Below, in pieces: positions 36,971-47,235 of a stretch of DNA of 64,000 nucleotides. Under the pieces are notes generated by a model. That model had not been told where the DNA came from and ran no database searches. It worked only from the letters and a program-made list of their open reading frames with translations. Source of the DNA: Nannocystales bacterium (GTDB lineage Bacteria > Myxococcota_A > Polyangia > Nannocystales > Nannocystaceae); contig JBOEGF010000018.1 of assembly GCA_050633305.1 (NCBI GenBank), positions 832,001 to 896,000 on the forward strand. Reading direction: 5' to 3'. Position numbers and translations under genes: made by a program. Numbering within the stretch: position 1 is the first letter of the stretch; each line of letters starts with the position of its first letter.

Positions 36971-37402
36971 TCACTCATCCGAGGTCGGCTTCGCGCGTGG
37001 TCCGGCCTTCTCGTATCGGTGCCCCTCGGGGGCATGTTCGCCGATGAAAACAGCGTTCGGTCCTTCGATGTCCTCACCGCCCACAAACGCATCGAGCGAA
37101 CCGAACGCCACGGACCAGAACCCGCGCTGGCTTCGAACCAACGGGGTGCGACCCGAGTGCTGACAAATTGCGCACCATGAGAACGCGCCGGGTCGGTCTT
37201 CGGGTCCCTCGGTCACGAAACCACGGGCTTTGCAGGCCACGCAGTCGACTTCGCCGATCTCCTCTCGGGAAGTGCGATCGGCTTCGACGGCTTCACGCTC
37301 GCGCCGCGCTTCCCACTCGGCGGCGACAGGAAATCCGCACTGCGGGCATGCCGCGGCGCGGTCGGAGACACGGTGCGCACACTCGGGACACTCAACGAGC
37401 AC
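36971..37402 (-). CDS. zinc-ribbon domain protein
   Basis: CPECAHRVSDRAAACPQCGFP plus a second CVACKARG...CAICQHSG pair. Confidence 0.8.
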   Translation of the reverse strand: MLVECPECAHRVSDRAAACPQCGFPVAAEWEARREREAVEADRTSREEIGEVDCVACKARGFVTEGPEDRPGAFSWCAICQHSGRTPLVRSQRGFWSVAFGSLDAFVGGEDIEGPNAVFIGEHAPEGHRYEKAGPRAKPTSDE

Positions 37403-37407
37403 GGCGA

Positions 37408-37413
37408 ATCGTA
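37408..37413 (-). promoter_or_regulatory. putative -10 hexamer TACGAT (leaderless-type)
   Basis: 5 nt upstream of GTG 37402; no SD. Confidence 0.5.
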
Positions 37414-37452
37414 GCTCGTTGAGTGGCGCCAGGAAATGTCGCGGTGATGGCG

Positions 37453-40323
37453 TCAGTCCGCTTTTGGATCGACGACTTCGACCTCGGCGATCTGCGAAAG
37501 CGCTGGCTTGAGCTTGTCGGCAGGACCGACGACGACGATGACGAGGTTGTCGGGGTCGACGAGGTCCTTCGCGGCGGTCACCGCTGCATCCGGAGACACG
37601 TCGCGAATCGCTGACAGGTAGTCACCGTAATAGGTGTCCGGCAGGTCGTTGAGGTCGAGGCGCCACAGCTCGCGGATCAGCGCCTGAGGGGTCTCGCGCC
37701 CTGCTGCGAAGCTCCCGACAATGTAGCTGACCGAGTCATCGCGCTCAGACTTGGAGGGCGCTTCGCTCTGAAGTCGGTCGACCTCTTCGAGGATCGTCGC
37801 GACCGTCTGAGCGACCGTCGCGGTTTTGCTGAACGTCGAGACGGTGAACTGACCGACGAACCGCCCGGTGCGGAAGCCACCGCCCGCACCGTAGGTGAGG
37901 CCTTTCTTCACCCGAATCGTGTCGTTCAGCCTCGAGTTGAAGCCGCCTCCGAAGTACTCGGTGACCACGCGCGCGGTGGTGTACCGGGGATCGGTCCGGG
38001 TGATGGAGGCCTGGCCGACGCGAATCTGCGACTGGTTCGACTTGCGAACAACGAGGTAGATCTTGGTCTTCGCGGCCTTGGGAACAGCCGGAAGTACAAC
38101 CTCGGGTTTTTCACCTTGCGCGGTCCAGGCCGTCATGTGTGTGCGTGCAAGCTCAAACGCGGCTTCGGGCTCGATAGCACCTGCGACGTACAGCGTTGCT
38201 GCGTCGGGGCGGGCGTAGGTCTTCCACCATGCCTCGAGGTCGTCGCGCTTGAGCTTGCGAAGGCCTGCTGCCGTGCCCTCGGGTAGCCGGGCCGCGGGGT
38301 GCTCGCCAAACAGGCGGCGGCGAAGCTCTCGGTTGGCGACATAGTCTGGCGAGCGCTCGGTGACCATCAGCCCGGTGGTGGTCTGTCCGACGTACTCCTC
38401 GAGCTCATCGGCGGGGAAGGTCGGCTCCCGAATGACCTCTGAAAGCAGACGCATCGCACGGTCGGCCTCGCCGTTGAGCGCTCCGACGTAGACGCTTGCC
38501 GAGTCGAGACCGGCCGAACCCGACAGCGAGATGGCGTGGCGGTCGAGCTCGTCGGTGAGCGCCTCGTAGTCGTGGGTCTTGGTGCCGCGTCCGAGCATCG
38601 GCAGGGTGAGGTACGCGGTCCCTTGCTTCTCGTCCGCGTCGGCAAATGAGCCGTACTCCAAGCCCATCCACATGGTGACGTAGGGGACTTCGTCGCTGGG
38701 CAAAACGACCACGTTGAGTCCGTTGTCGAGCGTCGTCTCGAACTTCTTCACGCTGAGGTCGGTGTCCAGGGGCGGCGCGATGGTGGGCGCCTTGGCCAGG
38801 GTCGCGGGGCGTTCGAGGCCCGGCTTTCCAGCGCCCTCTCCACGAATGCTCTCTTCACCGCCTTCGTCGTCGGTGGCGGGCTTGTCGTCGCCGCCGCGGA
38901 TCTGGTCGACGAGGAAGCCGAGCATGTTGGGCTCGATCCGGATCTCCATCTCGTGTTGGGTCACCAGGTAGGTGTTGGCGACCCGCTTGATGTCCTCGGT
39001 CGTAATCTCGGTGATCTCCTTGAAGTCCGAGTTCACGCTCGCAAGGTCCTTGCGAATGACCGCCGCTTCCCCCAGGCGTTGGGCCTTGCTCTGGACGGTT
39101 GTCAGGGACTGCACCTCGGAGGCGAGCATGCCGTTGCGGGCCTTCTCGAGTTCCTCTTCGGTGACGCCGTCCTGCTTGAGTTTCTCGATCTCTGCTCGCA
39201 ACGCAGCCAGAGCCTTGCCCGTGCTGCTTCCGAACGGGCTGAGGACTGCTCCGGCAGCGAAGAGGCCGTCGTGCTCGAGGGTGAAGCCACCGGCGAGCGC
39301 AAACATGGCGACATCCTGCTCGCGGACGAGCGAACGCCACAGCCGGGAACTCTCGCCTCCGCCCAGAATGGTCCCGAGCATCTCGAGCGCCATCTCGTCT
39401 TTGTGGCCCAGGGGCACGGTCCGGTATCCGAGCGCTGCGATCGGGACCGGTCCGTTGCGTTCTTTGATCTTGATCTGCTTGGGTTCGGTCTGCTCGGGCT
39501 CGCGGACCTCGACCCGCGGCGGCTCGTCGTACTTGGGGATCCAGCCGAATGCGGCCTTGGCCGATGCGACAACCTCTTCGTGCTTGACGTCGCCGACCAC
39601 CACCAGCGCGGCGTTGTTCGGGACGTAGTAGGTGTTCCAGAACTCCTGGAGCTCCTTTGCGTCGGCCTCGCCCAGCTCGTTCATGTCCCCGATCGGGCTC
39701 CAGCGGTACGGGTGCTTTTCGTACACGCCCGCGAGGACCTTCTCCAGTGCGGCGCCGTAGGGTTGCTCCTGGCCCCGGCGATATTCCTCTGCGACGACCT
39801 TGCGCTCGATGTCGAAGTAGTCGTCGTTGATCTTGAGGAACGCCATGCGCTCCGCCTCGAGCCACAGGACCATGTCGACCTGATTGCTCGGCACGACCTG
39901 GATGTACGTCGTGTTGTCGAAGCTGGTGTACGCGTTTGCGTTGCCCCCGACGCGGCGGATGTACTCGAAGTGGGCCTTGGGCCCGATGTTCTGGGTGCCG
40001 CGGAACATCATGTGCTCGAACATGTGCGCGAAGCCGCGGCGGTTGGGTTTCTCGTCCTTCGACCCGACGTGGTACCAGACCTGCACGGCCGCAACCGGAG
40101 TGCTGGTGTCCTCGAGGGTGATGACCTGCATCCCGTTGTCGAGGGTGGAGGTCTTGTAGTCGAACGGACGCTCGGGGAGAATGACCGGCGGTCCGTCGGT
40201 CTGCGCCTGCGCCGTCGCCGTTCCGTCTTCGGGGGGAGCCGTCTCCTTGCCACGGCAAGCGGGTACGAGCAGCGACAGCGCCATCATCCAAGGGGCGACC
40301 GAAGAGATGCGGGGGCGTGACAT
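37453..40323 (-). CDS. M16-family (pitrilysin/insulinase) zinc peptidase lipoprotein, two-module
   Basis: Lipobox VPAC; GFAHMFEHMMF (HxxEH), NAYTSFD, VVAEE; the second module lacks the zinc motif; SRLNDTIRVKKGLTYG. Confidence 0.92.
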   Translation of the reverse strand: MSRPRISSVAPWMMALSLLVPACRGKETAPPEDGTATAQAQTDGPPVILPERPFDYKTSTLDNGMQVITLEDTSTPVAAVQVWYHVGSKDEKPNRRGFAHMFEHMMFRGTQNIGPKAHFEYIRRVGGNANAYTSFDNTTYIQVVPSNQVDMVLWLEAERMAFLKINDDYFDIERKVVAEEYRRGQEQPYGAALEKVLAGVYEKHPYRWSPIGDMNELGEADAKELQEFWNTYYVPNNAALVVVGDVKHEEVVASAKAAFGWIPKYDEPPRVEVREPEQTEPKQIKIKERNGPVPIAALGYRTVPLGHKDEMALEMLGTILGGGESSRLWRSLVREQDVAMFALAGGFTLEHDGLFAAGAVLSPFGSSTGKALAALRAEIEKLKQDGVTEEELEKARNGMLASEVQSLTTVQSKAQRLGEAAVIRKDLASVNSDFKEITEITTEDIKRVANTYLVTQHEMEIRIEPNMLGFLVDQIRGGDDKPATDDEGGEESIRGEGAGKPGLERPATLAKAPTIAPPLDTDLSVKKFETTLDNGLNVVVLPSDEVPYVTMWMGLEYGSFADADEKQGTAYLTLPMLGRGTKTHDYEALTDELDRHAISLSGSAGLDSASVYVGALNGEADRAMRLLSEVIREPTFPADELEEYVGQTTTGLMVTERSPDYVANRELRRRLFGEHPAARLPEGTAAGLRKLKRDDLEAWWKTYARPDAATLYVAGAIEPEAAFELARTHMTAWTAQGEKPEVVLPAVPKAAKTKIYLVVRKSNQSQIRVGQASITRTDPRYTTARVVTEYFGGGFNSRLNDTIRVKKGLTYGAGGGFRTGRFVGQFTVSTFSKTATVAQTVATILEEVDRLQSEAPSKSERDDSVSYIVGSFAAGRETPQALIRELWRLDLNDLPDTYYGDYLSAIRDVSPDAAVTAAKDLVDPDNLVIVVVGPADKLKPALSQIAEVEVVDPKAD

Positions 40324-40330
40324 CGCCCGG

Positions 40331-40367
40331 AGGGTAACGAAAAAGGGGGCGAGGGTGGGGGTATGCT
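40331..40367. promoter_or_regulatory. back-to-back -10 hexamers of divergent genes
   Basis: TACCCT (minus strand, 40331-40336, 7 nt before ATG 40323) and TATGCT (plus strand, 40362-40367, 8 nt before ATG 40376) in a 52-bp gap with no SD. Confidence 0.5.
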
Positions 40368-40375
40368 ACCGCCGG

Positions 40376-41776
40376 ATGGCGGAGCAGGAGTCGAGGCCCA
40401 AAAGACGTTGGGGCCGCCGGATCGGAGCAGCGGCGGCGGTTCTTCTCGGGGGGGCGGGCGTGTTGGCGACGATCTACGTCCTTCCAACCGCCACTGGGTA
40501 TGTGGCCAAGCTGGGGTGCTCGGGCGTGTTTGTGGCCGGCCAGTCTGCCGAGCGCCTGATGGACGAAGAGTTGAGCCGGATGGGGTACGTGTCGCTGTCG
40601 GTCGACACAGATTCGCAGCGTGCCCGCGCAACCGTGTTTGGGTTGGCCGCTCGGGAGGCGGTCTATCGAGAGGGGATCGGCTGCGCGTTGGTGGTCGACG
40701 CCGATCCCGATGAGGTGCAAGGCGCGGGTCTGGAGGTCCCGCGTGCGCCGGTGTCGAGGGCACCATGGCCCGAGGGCAGCGGTGAGGACACGCGGCCCGA
40801 TCCTCCCGGTCTCGACCGAGCCGCGCTGGAGCTGGCGATCGACCACGTGTTTGAGGAGCCGGACCCGGAGTCGATGCGATGGACACGCGCGGTCGTCGTG
40901 ATCTGGGACGGACGCTTGGTCGCCGAACGCTACGCACCGTGGACGTCGGCCGACGCGCCGCACCTGGGCTGGTCGATGACCAAGAGCGTGACCAACGCGA
41001 TGGTGGGGGCGCTGGTCCTTCGTGGAGATCTCGACCGAGACGGTCTCGCACCGATTCCGCAGTGGTCCGGTGACGACCGAGCGGGGATCTCCTTGGACGC
41101 CCTGATGCGGATGAGCAGTGGTCTGGAGTTTGAGGAGCGCTACGGGCCGCTGGCCGACGCCACGCACATGCTGTTCGAGGTCGACGATGCGGCTGCGGTT
41201 GCACGCGTCAAACCGCTGGCGGTCTCGACCGACACCGAGTTCTCCTACTCGAGCGGGACGACGAATCTACTCGCGTGGATCGTCCGGCTGCAGTTCGACT
41301 CCGACGACGCGTACCACCGGTTCCCGCATGAGGCTTTGTTTGCGCCGCTGGGGATGCGCAGCGCCGTGTTCGAGACCGATGCCTCGGGCACGTTTGTGGG
41401 CTCCTCCTTCTTGTATGCCTCGGGCCGGGATTGGGCGCGGTTCGGCCAACTCTACCTCCAAGACGGCATCTGGAGGGGGGAGCGGGTGCTTCCGGCGGGG
41501 TGGGCGGAGTACAGCGGCACGGCCAGCACCACCGCGAAGAACGGGGAGTATGGAGCCCAGTTTTGGACCAACGCCGGTCCCCCCGACGACCCCAGCGCCC
41601 GGCCGGATCCCGATGTTCCCGCGGGTGCGTTCAAGGCGTCGGGCTACCAAGGGCAGCTTGTGTACGTGGTCCCCTCGCGCAAGGCGGTGGTCGTACGCCT
41701 GGGGATGACGCACGACCGAGCCTCGTGGGATGCCAATGGCTTCACCGCAGAGGTCCTGGCGGCTCTCCCGGACTAA
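40376..41776 (+). CDS. serine hydrolase, beta-lactamase class C-like family
   Basis: N-terminal TM; WSMTKS (SxxK), FSYSSGTT, DWARFGQLYL.DG.W.G..VLP.GW. Confidence 0.88.
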   Translation: MAEQESRPKRRWGRRIGAAAAVLLGGAGVLATIYVLPTATGYVAKLGCSGVFVAGQSAERLMDEELSRMGYVSLSVDTDSQRARATVFGLAAREAVYREGIGCALVVDADPDEVQGAGLEVPRAPVSRAPWPEGSGEDTRPDPPGLDRAALELAIDHVFEEPDPESMRWTRAVVVIWDGRLVAERYAPWTSADAPHLGWSMTKSVTNAMVGALVLRGDLDRDGLAPIPQWSGDDRAGISLDALMRMSSGLEFEERYGPLADATHMLFEVDDAAAVARVKPLAVSTDTEFSYSSGTTNLLAWIVRLQFDSDDAYHRFPHEALFAPLGMRSAVFETDASGTFVGSSFLYASGRDWARFGQLYLQDGIWRGERVLPAGWAEYSGTASTTAKNGEYGAQFWTNAGPPDDPSARPDPDVPAGAFKASGYQGQLVYVVPSRKAVVVRLGMTHDRASWDANGFTAEVLAALPD

Positions 41777-41860
41777 AGGACTCTACGGGGCGGCCCCGTG
41801 GTGTTGCACACGTGCGGACGCCGCAGCCGAAGCTGCTTGTTGCGCCGAAAGCGTCCGCGC

Positions 41861-41866
41861 TACACT
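41861..41866 (+). promoter_or_regulatory. putative -10 hexamer TACACT (leaderless-type)
   Basis: 6 nt upstream of ATG 41873; no SD. Confidence 0.5.
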
Positions 41867-41872
41867 CCGGTG

Positions 41873-43144
41873 ATGTCGTTCGGCGGGGTCGATGCCTGGC
41901 ACCAGCCAGGAGCGCAGGTCGGGCGATACCGCCTGATCGACCGCTTGGCGGTCGGCGGCATGGCCGAACTCTTCTTGGGGTTCACCGCGGCGATGCACGG
42001 CTTCGAGAAGCTGGTCGTCCTCAAGCGGATTCTCCCGCAGTTCGCCGAGAACCCGGACTTCGTTCGGATGTTCCTGGACGAGGCCCGCCTCGCGGCCACG
42101 CTCGACCATCCGAACATCGCCCACGTCACCGACATCGGTGAGCATGACGGCTCGTACTTCTTCTCGATGGAGTACGTGCATGGACAGAGCTTGCTCCGAG
42201 TCATGCGGGCGGTGACCAAGGCGCGTCGGCCTCTGCCGCTCGAGCATTCGCTCAACGTCATCATCGGCACCTGCGCCGGCCTCCACTACGCCCACGAAAA
42301 GGTCGGACTCGATGGCACGCCGTTGGGCATCGTGCACCGCGACGTTTCGCCGCCCAACCTCATCCTCACCTACGACGGCACGGTCAAAGTCGTGGACTTT
42401 GGAATCGCGAAGGCGGCCACCGCCAAGAGCAACACGGCGGTCGGTACCCTCAAGGGCAAGATCCCGTACATGGCACCGGAGCAGTGCCGAAGCGAGCCGC
42501 TCGATCGACGCAGCGACATCTTCTCGATCGGGATCATCCTCTACGAGCTGACCGTCGGTCGTCGCCTATTTCAGGCCGAGACCGAGATCGCGATCATTCA
42601 GAAGATCACGTCCGGCGGGTTTCCGCCGCCCACCTCTGTGCACCCGAGCTACCCTGGCGAGCTCGAGGCAATCGTCATGCGGGCGCTGCAGCTCAATCCG
42701 GATGCTCGGTACTCCACCGCGCGCGACCTGCAGATCGATCTGGAGGAGTTCGCCCGGGAGTACAAACTCGCGATCTCCTCGGCACGCTTGGGTTCGTTCA
42801 TGGAGGAGTTGTTCGACGAGGAACAGCGACGCATGCCGGTCTCGACGAACCTGCCTCCTCCCGAGCCGGTCCCGCAGCCCGCTGCTCCACCTCCACCCCC
42901 GGCCGCGTCGCCGTCCCCTGCGGCGCCGACTCCAGCCCCGCCCCCGACTCCGGCTCCGGCCGCTCGTCAGAGCAGCCCGGACTTCGAAGCGTTCGCGAGT
43001 GCGCTGTCCAAGGTTCTCGATGACGGCGGCACCGACCCGTTGACCGAGGAGATCGGGAATCCCGCCGAGCCGCCCAAGGTTCACGGGATCGATCTGGACA
43101 ACCTCCAGCTCGAAGAGCTCGATCCCTCCAAGTACGACAAGTAG
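41873..43144 (+). CDS. cytoplasmic Ser/Thr protein kinase with a Pro-rich tail
   Basis: LAVGGMAELF, VVLKR, MFLDEAR, HRDVSPPN, DFGIAK, GKIPYMAPE; no TM. Confidence 0.92.
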   Translation: MSFGGVDAWHQPGAQVGRYRLIDRLAVGGMAELFLGFTAAMHGFEKLVVLKRILPQFAENPDFVRMFLDEARLAATLDHPNIAHVTDIGEHDGSYFFSMEYVHGQSLLRVMRAVTKARRPLPLEHSLNVIIGTCAGLHYAHEKVGLDGTPLGIVHRDVSPPNLILTYDGTVKVVDFGIAKAATAKSNTAVGTLKGKIPYMAPEQCRSEPLDRRSDIFSIGIILYELTVGRRLFQAETEIAIIQKITSGGFPPPTSVHPSYPGELEAIVMRALQLNPDARYSTARDLQIDLEEFAREYKLAISSARLGSFMEELFDEEQRRMPVSTNLPPPEPVPQPAAPPPPPAASPSPAAPTPAPPPTPAPAARQSSPDFEAFASALSKVLDDGGTDPLTEEIGNPAEPPKVHGIDLDNLQLEELDPSKYDK

Positions 43145-43149
43145 CGCGC

Positions 43150-43722
43150 TCAGCGGAGTCGTTCAGCGAGTTCTCGCCATCGCTGTGGAGAGACGTCGCG
43201 CTCAACGATCTCGCAGTTCGCCGGGCGCCACTGGCCGATGGTGTCGATGGGTCGGTCGTCGACGGACCCGAGGACCGCTCGCATCAGGGCGCCGTGAGAC
43301 ACGACGAGCGTGGACTCGCGAGGAGGAAGCTCGGCGAACAGCGAGCAGACGCGAAACGCGACTTGCTGCAGGCTTTCTCCGGCACCCGGTCGGCTGGTCC
43401 AGCCTGCGAACTGCGGCATGACTCCCTCCGCCTCCAGGTCGGCGATGGGCCTGCCTTCCCAGCTTCCGCAACTTCGCTCCCGAAGCGTTGGCGTGACCTG
43501 AAGTGGGACGTTCCGCCCCACCAAGACCCGCAGTGCGGTGTCATGAGCCCGCGACAGGTCCGAACACAGGGCACGGTCGAACGCCACGTCTGCGAGCTGC
43601 ATTGCGGCCAACTCCGCCTGTTGTTGCCCTACAGCGGTCAACGGGGCGTCGCGTTGCCCCGCGAACCAACCTTCTGCGTTTGCGAGACTCTGACCATGTC
43701 GGATGAATGTCCACGCCGGCAT
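43150..43722 (-). CDS. histidine phosphatase (phosphoglycerate mutase family)
   Basis: FIRHGQS, SDLSRA, LRE..G.WEG, GES, VVSHG. Confidence 0.88.
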   Translation of the reverse strand: MPAWTFIRHGQSLANAEGWFAGQRDAPLTAVGQQQAELAAMQLADVAFDRALCSDLSRAHDTALRVLVGRNVPLQVTPTLRERSCGSWEGRPIADLEAEGVMPQFAGWTSRPGAGESLQQVAFRVCSLFAELPPRESTLVVSHGALMRAVLGSVDDRPIDTIGQWRPANCEIVERDVSPQRWRELAERLR

Positions 43723-43804
43723 CGCTGGACGTTCGCCCGGACGAGCCGAGGCGCGCAAGGGACCGCGGCTTGAAAAAAACGTCGTGACACGAGATCAAGG
43801 TTGG

Positions 43805-44782
43805 GTGAGCGATCCGCAGGACCCAAAGCCTGGTGACACGATCCCCGCAGCCGAGTCGGCTGCCGACGGCCGTTTTAAGACGCTGAAGCTCCTGCGTGCA
43901 GCCGCGTCGACGCCGATGCGATCGCTTGCGGATGCGGCCGCAATTCACAACAACCCTGCCGTCATCGCAGCGGTTGCGGGCAAGACCCACAAGGGCCAAG
44001 TCCGAGCGGACAACCAAGACCATTTCTTGGTGGCCTCGCTGGAGCGGGCGTTGCTCGTCGAAGACTCCTCCCTACCTGCTGAGGCGGGGACACGGCTCAC
44101 CGACACCCCGCAAGGCCGTCTGTTCATCGTGGCCGATGGAATCGGCGGTCACGGAGGCGGCGAGGTGGCGAGTGCGGTCGCCGTGGACGCGATGGCTCAC
44201 TACGCGTTCGAGACCATGCCGTGGGTGCTGGGCCGAAACGACTGCAGCATGGACGAGCTGGAGACCGGCTTGCGTGACGCCATGGGGAAGGCCCAGGACC
44301 GCATCCGCCGCGTGGCGCGTCGCAAGAACCTCAACTCCGACCTCGGCACCACCCTCACGATGGGCTACCTTGCCTGGCCCGAGCTGTTCTTGGTGCACGT
44401 CGGGGACTCGCGGGCCTATCTGTATCGCGACGAGAAGCTTCACCGGCTGACCCGTGACCACACGCTCGCGCAGCAGCTCGTCGACGGCAACGCGATGAGC
44501 GAGGAAGAAGCCAAGTCGTCCCGCTTGGCCCACGTGCTCGTGAACGCCATGGGAGGCACTTCGGACGACCTCACCGTCGAGCTGCACCGTATGGAACTCC
44601 AGCTCGACGACCAGCTGCTGTTCTGCAGCGACGGTCTGTACGACATGATCGGCGACGCCGCGATCGAGGCACATCTCGCCGAACACGAGCGACCGGTTGG
44701 CGACGTGGTTGAGCTCCTCGTGGGCGCTGCGAATGCGGCCGGAGGGCGCGACAACGTGACCGTGGTCCTCGCCCGATTCTGA
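43805..44782 (+). CDS. PP2C-family Ser/Thr protein phosphatase
   Basis: G.VRADNQD, VADGIGGHGGGEVAS, GTTLT, HVGDSRAY, CSDGL, GGRDNVT. Start uncertain (GTG 43805). Confidence 0.9.
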   Translation: MSDPQDPKPGDTIPAAESAADGRFKTLKLLRAAASTPMRSLADAAAIHNNPAVIAAVAGKTHKGQVRADNQDHFLVASLERALLVEDSSLPAEAGTRLTDTPQGRLFIVADGIGGHGGGEVASAVAVDAMAHYAFETMPWVLGRNDCSMDELETGLRDAMGKAQDRIRRVARRKNLNSDLGTTLTMGYLAWPELFLVHVGDSRAYLYRDEKLHRLTRDHTLAQQLVDGNAMSEEEAKSSRLAHVLVNAMGGTSDDLTVELHRMELQLDDQLLFCSDGLYDMIGDAAIEAHLAEHERPVGDVVELLVGAANAAGGRDNVTVVLARF

Positions 44783-44805
44783 CGGCGAGTGCCGCGACCT
44801 CGGCG

Positions 44806-46416
44806 CTAGCGGGATTCGCCGACCAGCAACTCTGCTTCGGAGGTTCGATAGGCGAGGTGGGCTGGTGGCAGGTCCATGGTCCACTGAACCATGGGGCTGG
44901 CCACGGGGTCGAGTTCCCGCAGTCGGGGGCGAAACCCTTCCTTGGTGAGGACGGTGGAGTCCAACACCACGTAGTGACCCGACTCGGGGAGTAGGTTCGA
45001 GTCTCCGGCAAACGGAGAAGAGACGTCTTGCTGGTCGAGCTCCCAAACCTGACTGATCGTGAAGGCGTCGAGGTCGAGTTCGTACCGGACCGCTCGAGCG
45101 AGAGCATCGGTGGTCACGCCAGAGGGCGCTTGCACAGCGTTGTCATACAGCAGCAATGAGCCATCTGGCTGCCACTGGGGGGAGTGTTGGTGTGCGAACC
45201 AGGTGCCCTCCGTGAGGGAGAAGTCCCCGCCGGGTCCCAGGATCCAGTCGACGTCGCTCGAGGCTCGGTCGATGGCGACCAGCCAGTCCTGATGACGCAG
45301 GCTGAGCATGAACTGGTCGGTGTCTTCTTGGTAAATGACGCCGTTCCCGTGGGTCCAGTCGTACGCGAGTTCTTCCGTCTGGGGATGTGTGATCGTCCAG
45401 CCGTCGATCGGCTCGAGGACGCGCTGGGGATCGAGATGGTCGAACGTGTCCCACGTCCAGACGACGTCGCCGTCGGGGGTGAATTCGACGATGACGTCAC
45501 CCGCGACGAGCGTGTTCGGAGCTCCGGGATAGTCGACCTCTTGGAACGAGTAGGCGAGGACGACGATGTTCCCTGAGGGGAGGACCAGAGCCTCATGGTG
45601 CATCCCGAGGACTCCGAGTTCGTCGTCGGAGACCTCGGTGACGACAGCCCCGAGTTCGTCGATTTCGACGAACCGGTTTTGCATCGCGAAGTGGACGGTT
45701 CCGGCGGGGGACGCTGTGACCGCGTCGATCCTGCCCGGGAACGGGTCTTTCGCTTCGTAGCCGAAGTGCCACCGAGTCGTGCCGGATGGGTCCACCACAA
45801 ACACACTGCTTGTTGAGGACGCTGGGAACGGGCTGAGGTCGAACATCCGGTAGGGACGTTCCCCCACGCTCTCTCCGGTGACTTCGAAGCTCTGGATGAA
45901 GCCGGGGAGGGGGGCCTCGGTTGTAAACGAGACGGGGACGGACAGGGCGCCGGTCGCGGCGGTGAGTTCGTGCTGGGTGAGGGGGGAAAGCCCGCGCGCT
46001 CGGTAGGTCCGGGTCTGGCCGTCGGGGTTCTCGAGCACGGCGATGCGCACGCCATCGTCCGTATCGTGGGTGAGCTCGAGGTCGTCGGGAAGGGTTGCGT
46101 CGCCGACGAGCGTGATGTCGACGACCATCGGTTGCTCGGGATAGAGGGCGACCTCCACGTCGAGGGTCGAGAGTTCACCACCCGAACTCGAGGTGTCGGC
46201 CTCTGTGGTGGTGCTCTCGCTGGCCTCGCCGCCCGAGGACGAGGACGAGGATGAGGATGACGTCGAGGACGCGGCGTCTGACGCTGTCGCGGCGTCCACG
46301 CCTGTGCTGGGGGTCTGCGTGGACGATGAGCCGCTGTCCGTTTCTCCGACGGACACATCGTCACCGCATCCGGCACTCAAGAACACTAAGGCCGCCACCA
46401 ACCACCGAAGTCGCAT
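44806..46416 (-). CDS. aryl-sulfate sulfotransferase (ASST-like) lipoprotein
   Basis: Lipobox SAGC; Ser-rich linker; MHHE, DWTHGNG, SLRHQDW, FAHQHSP, LYDN: ASST beta-propeller His motifs. Confidence 0.8.
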   Translation of the reverse strand: MRLRWLVAALVFLSAGCGDDVSVGETDSGSSSTQTPSTGVDAATASDAASSTSSSSSSSSSGGEASESTTTEADTSSSGGELSTLDVEVALYPEQPMVVDITLVGDATLPDDLELTHDTDDGVRIAVLENPDGQTRTYRARGLSPLTQHELTAATGALSVPVSFTTEAPLPGFIQSFEVTGESVGERPYRMFDLSPFPASSTSSVFVVDPSGTTRWHFGYEAKDPFPGRIDAVTASPAGTVHFAMQNRFVEIDELGAVVTEVSDDELGVLGMHHEALVLPSGNIVVLAYSFQEVDYPGAPNTLVAGDVIVEFTPDGDVVWTWDTFDHLDPQRVLEPIDGWTITHPQTEELAYDWTHGNGVIYQEDTDQFMLSLRHQDWLVAIDRASSDVDWILGPGGDFSLTEGTWFAHQHSPQWQPDGSLLLYDNAVQAPSGVTTDALARAVRYELDLDAFTISQVWELDQQDVSSPFAGDSNLLPESGHYVVLDSTVLTKEGFRPRLRELDPVASPMVQWTMDLPPAHLAYRTSEAELLVGESR

Positions 46417-46565
46417 CGCCGGAGCATGCCCGTGCCGAGACAGGGCGGCAACCGGGTCCCGGGCGACATGGTTCCGGGGGGAGACGCAGGGCGGCGGTGA
46501 GTCCCTCGGCGAGTGGGCTGAGGACGAAGGCGAGCGAGACGCAGCGCGCGTCCTTTCGCCCCTGC

Positions 46566-46571
46566 TAAAGT
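46566..46571 (+). promoter_or_regulatory. putative -10 hexamer TAAAGT (leaderless-type)
   Basis: 7 nt upstream of msrA ATG 46579; no SD. Confidence 0.5.
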
Positions 46572-46578
46572 CAGCACG

Positions 46579-47235
46579 ATGCTCTTTTCGCGCAAGCAGC
46601 CAGCCCTCGTTTCGGCCCAGGACGCCCTGCCTGGTCGTGCCGAGGGCATGCCGGGTGTCCCGGAAGTTCACTTCATCAATGGCCACCGGATCCGCGCACC
46701 CTTCCCGGAGGGGGTCGTCACGCTGGTCGTCGGAATGGGGTGCTTCTGGGGTGCGGAGCGGAAGTTCTGGCAGACCGGCGGCGTGTATTCGACCGCGGTT
46801 GGGTACGCGGGCGGCTTCACTCCCAACCCGACGTACCGGGAAGTCTGCTCAGGGAGAACCGGACACACGGAGGTCGTACTGGTCGCGTTCCGTCCCTCGG
46901 AGGTGTCGCTCGAGAACCTGCTGCGGGTGTTCTGGGAGGGCCACGACCCCACGCAGGGAATGCAGCAGGGCAACGACGTCGGGACGCAGTACCGCTCGGC
47001 GATCTTCACAGAAGGGGACGAGCAAGCCACAGTCGTCGCCCAATCCAAAGCCGTCTACCAGGCGGAACTCGACCGTGCCGGGCACCGTGCGATCACGACT
47101 GAGGTCGCTCCCGCGGGGCCGTTTTTCTACGCCGAGCCCGACCACCAGCAGTACCTGGGCAAGAACCCCAACGGTTACTGCGGTCTTGGGGGAACGGGGG
47201 TCGCGTGCCCCGTCGGGCTCAAACCGGGAGGGTGA
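46579..47235 (+). CDS. msrA: peptide-methionine (S)-S-oxide reductase
   Basis: [53 protein letters not shown]. Confidence 0.97.
   Translation: MLFSRKQPALVSAQDALPGRAEGMPGVPEVHFINGHRIRAPFPEGVVTLVVGMGCFWGAERKFWQTGGVYSTAVGYAGGFTPNPTYREVCSGRTGHTEVVLVAFRPSEVSLENLLRVFWEGHDPTQGMQQGNDVGTQYRSAIFTEGDEQATVVAQSKAVYQAELDRAGHRAITTEVAPAGPFFYAEPDHQQYLGKNPNGYCGLGGTGVACPVGLKPGG

Noticed and set aside
46235..46270. GAGGAC/GAGGAT short tandem repeat, and similar GACACC-type repeats in other linkers
   Set aside because: They encode Ser or Asp-Thr runs in lipoprotein stalks; not CRISPR or an evident contingency locus.
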